Source: Naegleria gruberi (Eukaryota). Taken from it: a DNA stretch of 64,000 bases. Numbering within the stretch: position 1 is the stretch's first letter; each line of letters starts with the position of its first letter. The translations under genes were made by a program, and so were the position numbers. The stretch lies in the NCBI GenBank assembly GCA_000004985.1, contig GG738871.1; one strand, 5' to 3'. Below, piece by piece: positions 55,297 through 64,000 of this stretch. Below the pieces are notes generated by a model. It did no database searches, was not told where the DNA came from, and saw only the letters and a list, made by a program, of their open reading frames with translations.

Positions 55297-57153
55297 TTAA
55301 GACCAAGTTTCAACCTGATACCTTTTAGCAAGATCTAATTGTTTCAAATATTCTTCTGCTTCTTGGTTTGTCATTCCACCATGGATTAGAACAGATTTGA
55401 CTGCTTTTTGAACAGATTCTGGCATTTGTTTGGAATTACCGGCAACGTAAAAGTAAGCTCCCTTGTTTACAATTAGATCAAAGAGTAAATCTTTTTGTTC
55501 TCCAATACGATGTTGAACGTAGACTTTTGAATCTTGATCTCTTGAAAAAGCTGTTGACAATAAAAAGTTAAATTGTGTTTCACTTGAGTATTTTGTAAAT
55601 TCTTCTCCATATAAAAAGTCACTCTTTTCATTTCTGCATCCAAAGAATAGAATACTCTTTCCAATCTCTTCTGTACTTGTTATTGATAAATTGGATATTT
55701 TCAAATAACGATCTTGAATGAAACTTCTAAATGGTGCAACACCAGTTCCAGGTCCAACCATAATAATTGGAGTGGAGAGTGATTTTGGTAAAGTCATTGT
55801 ACCCTTATTGATCCATACTGGTACAAATACATCACCTTGTGTTCCAATATCAGTTGAAGAAAGCCATGATGTAAAAACTCCATTTCTAACTCTCTTAAAT
55901 GGTGTGGTAAAGTTTACAATAGCAATAGTGACATGAATTTGATGAGGACACATTGATTGAGAAGAGGATATGGAATAATATCTTGGTTTGATTTGTGGTA
56001 TTAAATCTAAAATGTACTCAAGAGTTGGTTTTGAACCAGGAAAATCATCAAAAACTTCGACATATGTTCTTTTCTCTTTGTGATTATATCTGTACATATC
56101 ACCTGTTCCTTCTGCAGATCCAAAATATTCTAATCTTTCCCTCTCTTCACCAGTTGTAAAATGGCTTAACAATTCGAATAAATATCTTCTTGGTGTTCCT
56201 TGAATATCTAAGTATTTTTCGAAAAGGTTGAATAAAGTAATTACACTATTGCCAAATGGCATATCAGGAGCATCTGGATCAATTTTTTCTACTCTTATCA
56301 ATTGATTTCCATCTAAGGATAATCTCTTGAGTAAATGTTGGACTTGATTAATTGTGTTTCTTGGTAAAACTGCAAGAACATCTCCTGGTTGATATGTGAG
56401 AGCTGTTTGATGATTTTCTCCTAAATTTTCAAAAACAACATGTCTAACATCTTGCCAGTGATTTTCAGATGTCATTTTCTTATTTTCTATCATTTTAGCC
56501 ATGAATGGATTCTCTTTTGAGTAAGGACTTGTGCTGCTGGCAGATTTGAAAATGTATGAGTTTTTAAGGGAGTTATCTGATTCATCACACTTGATAATTC
56601 TATATCTTGGTTCTGGAATAATATGAGGTGATATAACTTCAACACCAACAGGTAGAGGATAAATACTCATAACCTTATCCCACAATCCTCTCATCCATCC
56701 AACCAATGCACCGTCAATTCCATTAGCATGTTGGTCATCAGCCAATCCTCTAGCATGGAATTCTTGAGCACCTAATTGTAATAATCTTCTATGAAGTTTC
56801 TTGGCAACAAAATTGAATTTTGAATATCCAGAATCTCCCAATCCAAATACAGAAAATTTGACACTACTTAAACTATCTGCTGCCAAACTCTTTCTTCTGA
56901 GAAAATTCCAAAACTTCTTCATATTATCAGGCTCATCACCTTGTCCAGTTGTTGAAACTACGAAAATCAAAATTGGTTCCGATGTTAAATTTTCAATATT
57001 ATAATCATCCAATGCAGATAATTTAACAGATAGATATCTTCTCTTTGCTTCTCTTTGTATTCTTTCAGCCACCTCCTGAGCACAACCGCTTTGTGATCCA
57101 TAGAGAACACAGATTTTGCGAGAGGAGGTTTCTACCGTTTGTTGTGTAAGCAT
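55297..57153 (-). CDS. ndor1: NADPH-dependent diflavin oxidoreductase (NDOR1/Tah18).
   Basis: Flavodoxin-like N-terminus ICVLYGSQSGCAQEVAERI...IFVVSTTGQGDEPDNMKKFWNFL near-identical to human NDOR1. FAD/NADPH-binding C-terminus. No N-terminal TM. Confidence 0.85.
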   Translation of the reverse strand: MLTQQTVETSSRKICVLYGSQSGCAQEVAERIQREAKRRYLSVKLSALDDYNIENLTSEPILIFVVSTTGQGDEPDNMKKFWNFLRRKSLAADSLSSVKFSVFGLGDSGYSKFNFVAKKLHRRLLQLGAQEFHARGLADDQHANGIDGALVGWMRGLWDKVMSIYPLPVGVEVISPHIIPEPRYRIIKCDESDNSLKNSYIFKSASSTSPYSKENPFMAKMIENKKMTSENHWQDVRHVVFENLGENHQTALTYQPGDVLAVLPRNTINQVQHLLKRLSLDGNQLIRVEKIDPDAPDMPFGNSVITLFNLFEKYLDIQGTPRRYLFELLSHFTTGEERERLEYFGSAEGTGDMYRYNHKEKRTYVEVFDDFPGSKPTLEYILDLIPQIKPRYYSISSSQSMCPHQIHVTIAIVNFTTPFKRVRNGVFTSWLSSTDIGTQGDVFVPVWINKGTMTLPKSLSTPIIMVGPGTGVAPFRSFIQDRYLKISNLSITSTEEIGKSILFFGCRNEKSDFLYGEEFTKYSSETQFNFLLSTAFSRDQDSKVYVQHRIGEQKDLLFDLIVNKGAYFYVAGNSKQMPESVQKAVKSVLIHGGMTNQEAEEYLKQLDLAKRYQVETWS

Positions 57154-57365
57154 TTTTTTTTGAAAAGAAAATTATGGAGAAATGGATTTCCACTCAAAAG
57201 ATTCTTCGTTCGTTTCAATTTAATTTTGAAACACATGTTGTTTAGGGATGATGAATATGAAGAAATGGGAGAATGCTCGGATAATCTCCTTGAATATTAT
57301 GAAAGTGCTTACGAGTTTGAGGGGAAATTTCTCCCGCCAATTTGTAATTTCAAAAAATCAAAAAA

Positions 57366-58004
57366 ATGACCATCATTTCAATCTTGGCAGTTCTAGCATT
57401 ATTTATTTATTTATATAAGGCTTTCTTTACATCGTGGAATAGAGCTGAAATGCCAAGCCATTCAACTGATTCTGACTTGGATCAGCATTCACAATTTTGG
57501 GAGAGAAGAATTGAGGAAGCATTAAATAACTTTTCATCTTATAGGGATTCAAAAATTGCTAAAAGATCATCAGAAAAAGTATTTAAAGAATTAGGAGAAG
57601 CTTGGGGAGAGTATGATCGTTCTCAGTTTTTAAAAAACAAAGCAATGATAATGTCAAAACAAGCAAAATTAAAAGTTCTATACAAAGAGAAGAAGGAAAA
57701 TGAGAAGAAAAAAGAAGGCCTCGTCATTATTAATGCGAGATATGGAGTTTTTGATAAGAAGCATAGAGCTATTGTCGATGTTACTACTCCATTACAATGT
57801 TTTGTGAACGATGCTTCATCTACAATTTCTTTCAAGAAAGGTCCATTCGAATCCTTGCCAGGCTTTGGAAACGTCACAGAAGGGATGTCATTTCCCTTAG
57901 GTGCGAACTTGAAGAAAGAATTACAAGTAATTTATCGAACGAACGGATCTCTTAGAATGAAAACGTTTATTGAGGAGGAAGGAAATGAAGTAGAATTGCC
58001 CTAA
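57366..58004 (+). CDS. Hypothetical protein with an N-terminal TM, 212 aa; the C-terminal region may be DUF3395-like.
   Basis: aaaaaaaATG start. TM MTIISILAVLALFIYLY. C-terminus LVIINARYGVFD...DVTTPLQCFV. Confidence 0.45.
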   Translation: MTIISILAVLALFIYLYKAFFTSWNRAEMPSHSTDSDLDQHSQFWERRIEEALNNFSSYRDSKIAKRSSEKVFKELGEAWGEYDRSQFLKNKAMIMSKQAKLKVLYKEKKENEKKKEGLVIINARYGVFDKKHRAIVDVTTPLQCFVNDASSTISFKKGPFESLPGFGNVTEGMSFPLGANLKKELQVIYRTNGSLRMKTFIEEEGNEVELP

Positions 58005-58100
58005 ACCACTTCACCATGGAAGACAAGTCATTTATCAAACATCAATCACAAACCAACAAACAACAAGATCCAATTTATTTAATTTTCACTACTCTAAAAA

Positions 58101-59284
58101 ATGTTTATCACATCCGTTGCCTATGACTACTACAAGGGCTTCGTAACGGCCTTTATTGAAATTACGGATAACACTGATGTCATGGTTTTTGGTAAACCAA
58201 ACTTGAAGAAAATTATACCTATGGTGAATATCATTGCTCTTATTGAAAGTATCTTGGCAGTAATTTTCTTCATTCTAGTTGCTATTCGTGCTTCTGTGTA
58301 GGTTTCTTCTATAATAATCAAAGAAATATTTCTAACATCTCTTTGTAGTACTTCAATGTCAATGTTTATTGTTTTTGTTCCACTTGAAATTTTCTTCCTT
58401 TTCATGTTAGGTTTGATGATGGTTATTTTCTTCTCTTTTGTGATAACAGCATTTAGGTTTACCAGGAAAGTTTATTGGATTGTTGCCTATTGTTTCATCT
58501 TCCCAATTGTTTTTATTAACTTGTGTCTTTTCTTTGGTATGCCAATCTTGGTTTCTATTCTCTTCCCATTGCAAGAAATCAAAGTACTTCAAGGGTATGT
58601 TTTTAAAGTTTCGAATAATGTTTTTAATTGTTAAATAGTCAAAAAGCTTGGGATGTGTCATTGTTTTTAGTTCTCTGGCTCGTTGGTGGTTTATTGAAAG
58701 CATTCGTTAGACCAAGTGAAGACGACAGCAACCCATATCAACATGATAACAAGAACGTCACTTTTACAGCAATCTACGTCTGTGTTCTCTTCTTGATTGC
58801 TGTTTTTATTTTCTTGATTTCTGCTAGATTGGATGGTACTGTTCCATTCTCTACAACAACACCTTTCCCATCTGTATCATATTGGATTGTTTTCATTCCA
58901 ATATTTGTTATTTGGGCAATTGGTACAATTCTCTATTCTATCAAGGCATTCTTGGAATTGAAATTGGTCTACAAGAAGGGTGATGTTAACGGAGATGGTA
59001 TTTTCAAGTCAATCTTCTACATTGGAATGATTGTCTTCCTCTTCTTGTCACTCATCACATCCATTTTATTGTGTGTCAAGCTTTCACTTTCTGCTGAAGA
59101 ACAAGACAAATTCTCTCTTGGATGGTGTTTCTTACCTTTCATTTTGGGCTTTTTCACAATTGCTTGTTGTTGTTCAATTCCATTCTTCCCTCAATTCCGT
59201 AAAGTTAAATCAGCTGCTTTGAAGAATAGTGTCACTAACGAAGTTGAAGAAGCTGCCGAAAAAGAAATGCAATGTTTCCTTTAA
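58101..59284 (+). CDS. Multi-pass transmembrane protein, about 360 aa, possibly TMEM185-family. Three exons: 58101..58297, 58349..58594, 58639..59284.
   Basis: Three consecutive same-strand hydrophobic ORFs are joined by GTAGGT and GTATGT donors and tag acceptors with consistent phases (introns 51 and 44 nt). Confidence 0.55.
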
Positions 59285-59487
59285 AAAGGAAAATCAAGAC
59301 AACTCAGATTGTCAGTGTATGATATTACTTAATATTAAATAAAATTATTCTTCAATTATTTACTAGGAATTTCACAAATTTACACTTATTGTAAAAGAAT
59401 AGAGGATAATTTAATGGATTGTAAAATCAAATGTCAAATATTATCATAAAAACCATTCAAAAAAATTGATCCAAAGATTAACTAACA

Positions 59488-62400
59488 ATGGTTGTTACAG
59501 ATCAACAGAAACAAGCAATCCGTCAGTGGATTGAAACGGTCACAGGGGAGAAGTTCTCAGATCCCAACGATATGTACACTTCTCTGAAGGATGGTTGTTT
59601 ATTGTGTGGGTGAGTTTCAAGTTTCGAATAATAATAATTTTACATTTCTCTCATTACACACTGTTTAAATTATTATTATATATGTTTATTAACAAATTAG
59701 TTTAATTTCTGCTCTCCGTTGCATTAAATATCCAACCTACAACCGAGAAACTAAAGGTATCATGTTCAAGGAGATGGAAAACATTGCCTACTTTATGCAA
59801 ACCACACAAAAAGCTGGACTCAAACTAAATTGGACACTGAAGGCACTTCATAAGAATGCCGACATGGATGCTGTACTATTATCTTTAATTGATTTATCCA
59901 ATCACATTAAACAGAATAATAATGAAGGATTCAAGGGACCATTCTTGGAATTGGGAAGTTCTACTGCTACCACCACCACTACTACTACTTCTGCTGCTTC
60001 CTCTGATAATTCATCATCCACATCATCACCAGCATCTGTAGGAACATCATCACCCCAAGTGAAAACAAGTGTTCCCGAACCAACAACACCAAAAGTCATC
60101 AAGAAAACATCAAATAATGTAACACCTGGTACTGATTCGAATGTTGATTCACCACCGACCATTACAAGTAGCAGTAATGGAGGTGTTCAATCTAGATTAA
60201 AGAGATTTTTTGGAGGTGGATCAAACGAATCTAAAACAAATGAAACTAAATCAGAACAAACACCTTCTCCACCAGTTACTTCAAATATTTCGACAACATC
60301 AGCAACAACAACACCAACAAAACAATCAACAATTCCATCTGTTACTTCTACTCCACCAGTTTCGAATACTAGTTCAACACCATCATCAACTAATAGCACT
60401 CCTGTAAGGACATCGTCTGCAACAAGTGTCACAACTCCACAAAATTCTTCCTCAAGGAATCTTCTCAGTTCACCAGCAAGTTCTTCATCCCTAACTGGAT
60501 CATCACCAAGAAGATCAATTGGAGGAAATTCAGATGATGACGATGACGATGAAGATGAAGAAGTGATGGATGAAGAAATTTTAACTCATGTTAAAAAGTT
60601 GAAGGAAAGTGTGGAAAATCCAACTCCTGAATATTTGAGAGTTTTAAATCAAAAATTGGAAGCCAAATCACTCAAGTGGTGCAACAAATTTGCCAATGAT
60701 AAGGGAGCTTTCTATTTGGGAGAAATTATCATAACAACCAATAAGAAGTATAAAGGAGCTAATGAAAAGAGTATTCAGGAACAAGCTTTGAATTGTCTCA
60801 ATACTTTGATTGATGTTGGAGCATTAAATGGTATAATCAAATATACATCAATTGTCTTTGCAATTGTCATGTTAACAGATAATAAGGAATCATTGAAAAC
60901 AAGAGTGATGGCTCTTGAATTGTTATCACTTATTTGCACTTTTAATGAACAAGGTTTTTGGGTTGTTTTGGAAGCTTTTGGACAGTGTAAAGTTGAAAAG
61001 AGAGAACCAAAGAGATTTTTCGATATTGTTGATGGGTTGAAGAATGAAAAGGATGAGAAATTCAAAGCATTCTGTTTATTATTATTCAATTCCCTTATTA
61101 ACACACCTCAAGATACCTCAATAAGAATTTTATTGAGAAATGAATTGAAATCTCTTGGATTGGATGATATTGTTACAAAACTTCAAAAGGATGTTGATAG
61201 TGATACTATCAAAGAGGAAAGTCTTAAGGATCAAATCAGAGCTTTTGATGAAGAAATGATGTCCAGGTTTATTGAAAATGATGATGATGAAGATGAGGAG
61301 GAAGAATCTAACAGTTCTCTGATTGACACCAAGTCTATTAAGGATCCACTCCAATTGATGAAGTTATTAACTATCAAACTTGGTGGTAGTTCAGTTGGTA
61401 TCAGTAATTTGAGAAATATTTTACAACATTTATTGGAATACACCCAAATTATTCCTCATGAAATGGATGATATCAACAAGTCTGACAAGATTCTCCAGGA
61501 CAGTTGGAAGAATATTGACAACATGTTGCATGCTCTCACCAACGATTCAATCATGACCAAGAATGTAGTAGCTGATGTGATAAAGAGTGAAAAGATGTTA
61601 AAGATTCTTTTACAAAAAGGTAACAAGAAATCGAAGGAATTGGATCAAGAGGTTGAAAACTTGAAGAAGGAAAATGATGCTCTCAAAAGAGGAGTGAAAT
61701 ATGAACCAGAAATAACATTGCCATCAGGTTCTGGAGATGCTAAGCCAACAACTGAAGTTGCCATGTTGACAAAGCTTGTCAAACAACAGAAAGAAAAGCT
61801 CGAAGCTATGAAAATTTCACTTGAAGATTTAGAGAAGCAAAATATTGATCTTTTGAGAAATATTAAGGAAAAAGATGCTGCTATTGAATCATTCAGGTCA
61901 ACTGGTGTCATGCCAACCAACGTGACGACTTCAACTGAAGGTGTTCCACCAATTCCAAGTGGAGGCGATTCATCGCTTATTCCACCACCACCAATTGGTG
62001 GTGATGTGCCTCCTCCTCCTGGTATGGGAATTCCACCTCCTCCTGGTAGTTCTGGCGTTCCTCCACCACCTGGTGGTGTCCCTCCTCCTCCTGGTGGAGG
62101 CGTTCCATTGCCACCTGGTGTTCCAAAGACTCCAGAAATCAAATTACCTGATTTACCAAAGAGAAGTTCCAAGAAACCACTCAGAAACTTCTATGGTGAT
62201 CCTATCAGAAAGCAAAAAGTTGGTACTACCGCTTGGGTTAAGGATGGTATTGCTGAAAGAACCAAAGATATTGATATCGATCCAAATGAATTGGAAGATC
62301 TCTTCTCCAATGTACCAAAGGAAAAGGAATCTACCAAAAAGGAGAGAAAGATCAAAGAGTTGGTTTCATTCATCGATCCTCAAAAATCGAACAATCTCTC

Positions 62401-63628
62401 AATTTTGCTTGGTTATTTGCGTCTTGACAATGAAGACATTAAGAATGCCATTATAGATATGGACGACGAAATACTTTCTCAACAAAATATCGAATCATTG
62501 AAGGATAAGGCCCCAACTGAAGAAGAAATTCAATCAATTATGGCTTATACAGGTGATAAGGATTTATTGGCTCCAGCTGATAAATTCTATTTGGCCATCA
62601 AGGATGTTCCAAGATTGGCTGGAAGATTGAGTTGTTGGGCTTTCAAGTACAAGTTTGAATCTAGTATTCCTGTAGTTATTCCAGATTTGGAGACTGTCTT
62701 GTTTGCATCTCAGGAAGTTCAAAGAAGTAAGAAATTCAAAGAATTACTTACAGTTATTCTTGCCATTGCAAACTTTTTGAATGCCAACTCATCTAAGAAG
62801 GATTCCTATGGTTTCACACTTTCTAGTTTGTCAAAGTTGAAGGATACTAAAGCAGTTGATGGTAAGACAACCTTACTTCAATATATTGGTATCTTCTGTA
62901 CAAAGAAGAATCAAAATGTTTTGAGAATTAGAGAAGATTTCGGTAATTTGGAAATGGCTACAAGAGTGTCCTTTCCAGAAACTCTTTCTGAAATCTCCAA
63001 GTTGAAAGCAGGTGTTGAAGAAATTGAAAAAGAATTGAACAGACCAGAGTGGAAGAATAATAAGAACGACAAGTTCTATAAGATTATGAGCGAATTTTTG
63101 GAAAATGCTAAGGGTGATATGCGTGTTGTCAATATTTTGACAGGAAAGATTGAACTCAGTCTCAAGACTTTGGCAGATCTCTATGCAGAAGATGAAAAGA
63201 TTTTAACAAAGAATCCAACTGAATTCTTCATGCAAATATTCACATTCTTGGAATCATTCCTTTCCAGTTTGGAAGATTATTTGAGACAAAGAATTTTAGA
63301 AAGAAGGAAGAGAGAAAAGAGAGAAAAACAAAGACAATTGGAGTTGAGAAAGATGCAACAACGAAAACAAATGGAATTAGAAGCACTCAAAAAGAAGAAA
63401 CAACAAGAAACCTCACCTGCAGCTGCAGGTGGTGAACTAACACCAGAATCAGGAGAAAAACGAAATATCAAACAAGCTATCAGACAAAGAAAGCAAAGCA
63501 TGATGTCAGGTGAAGCTTTCAGAGACAAGAGAGAATCCAGAATGGCAGTCAAACAACAACAAGAGTCATCCTCACTCCCATTCCCAGTCAATCTAAGAAA
63601 AACAAAATCCGAAGCAGTTGAACAATAA
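59488..63628 (+). CDS. Formin (GBD/FH3-FH1-FH2) with an N-terminal calponin-homology domain. Two exons: 59488..59609 and 59701..63628.
   Basis: Exon 1 MVVTDQQKQAIRQWIETVTGEKF...LKDGCLLCG ends on a GTGAGT donor. A 91-nt intron joins it to LISALRCIKYP...ENIAYFMQ (CH domain). An armadillo-like FH3 follows. FH1 is (G)VPPPPG x5. FH2 contains ...LLQYIGIFC.... Confidence 0.75.
61975..62115 (+). repeat. Degenerate proline-codon tandem repeats (ccwcctcctcctggt-like) encoding the FH1 poly-proline tracts.
   Basis: Direct reading; the antisense Gly-rich ORF 61645..62172 is an artefact of this repeat. Confidence 0.5.
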
Positions 63629-64000
63629 AATTTCTTATTTTCACAAAACCACAAATTTTCCAAATTTAAAAATATTAAAAAATTGCACATGCTTTAATTG
63701 CTTGATTTGTTTTTGTTTCAGATGATTATAACACTTTTCATGTGCACGAATGACTTCTGGATGATCGTGCCTCTACTACCAAGATCTATGATGCAATTAT
63801 TATTGTTTATCAGGTAATAATTTGATATCTACTCGGAGAGTTTTGTTTTTGCCTGGCTATTCATCATGTTGAATGCCATTTGACAATCACAAGCTCTTTC
63901 GAACACTCAGATCAAGCAGAAGGAAAATTGAATTGACCAGTTCAAAAACATTGGATCACTTTTGATCCAAATTATTTATCAGAATTGAGTCCATTACATA

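Noticed and set aside
57139-57369. 76-aa plus-strand ORF overlapping the NDOR1 start.
   Set aside because: It overlaps the 5-prime end of NDOR1 in antisense and the adjacent gene begins at 57366. No sensible start context.
61645-62172. 175-aa Gly/Pro-rich minus-strand ORF.
   Set aside because: It is the reverse complement of the formin FH1 poly-proline codon repeats and therefore an artefact.
63700-64000. Possible first exon of a downstream gene (ATG 63722, GTAATA donor near 63811).
   Set aside because: It is too short and truncated by the window end to support a call.
1-64000. Looked for CRISPR arrays, operon-like structure, IS elements or other transposons, and rRNA genes.
   Set aside because: None found. 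The segment is intron-containing eukaryotic nuclear DNA. No long direct or inverted repeats were visible beyond the codon-level microsatellites.

Overview
This window is an AT-rich, gene-dense stretch of eukaryotic nuclear DNA with about 40 protein-coding genes on both strands. Many genes are split by short introns, and intergenic leaders are A/T-rich with A-runs just before the ATG. Low-complexity N/Q/S/T-rich tracts in the proteins and the ERG8-type phosphomevalonate kinase suggest a dictyostelid-like amoebozoan; that organism call is inference only. I saw no CRISPR arrays, operon structure or mobile elements. Genes recognised from the translations: RPB6, eIF5, a VAMP7-like longin SNARE, ERG8-type phosphomevalonate kinase, a CHFR-like FHA-RING ligase, an F-box-Rho GTPase fusion, tRNA-Ser(AGA) and tRNA-Phe(GAA), a large unconventional myosin, an RNF126-like RING ligase, an S10 serine carboxypeptidase, Aurora kinase, NCBP1/CBP80, a HAUS5-like augmin subunit, a LisH-AAA katanin p60, sideroflexin, a COMM-domain protein, a CAMK-like kinase, choline-phosphate cytidylyltransferase, NDOR1, and a formin with an N-terminal calponin-homology exon. 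The most interesting non-coding signal is a recurring TTTGGCGCC(A) palindrome, matching the canonical E2F site TTTSSCGC. It sits 25-45 nt upstream of several start codons, including those of Aurora kinase, the HAUS5-like gene and katanin. The ORF track evidently accepts TTG/GTG as starts, so I re-anchored several N-termini to the first real ATG.
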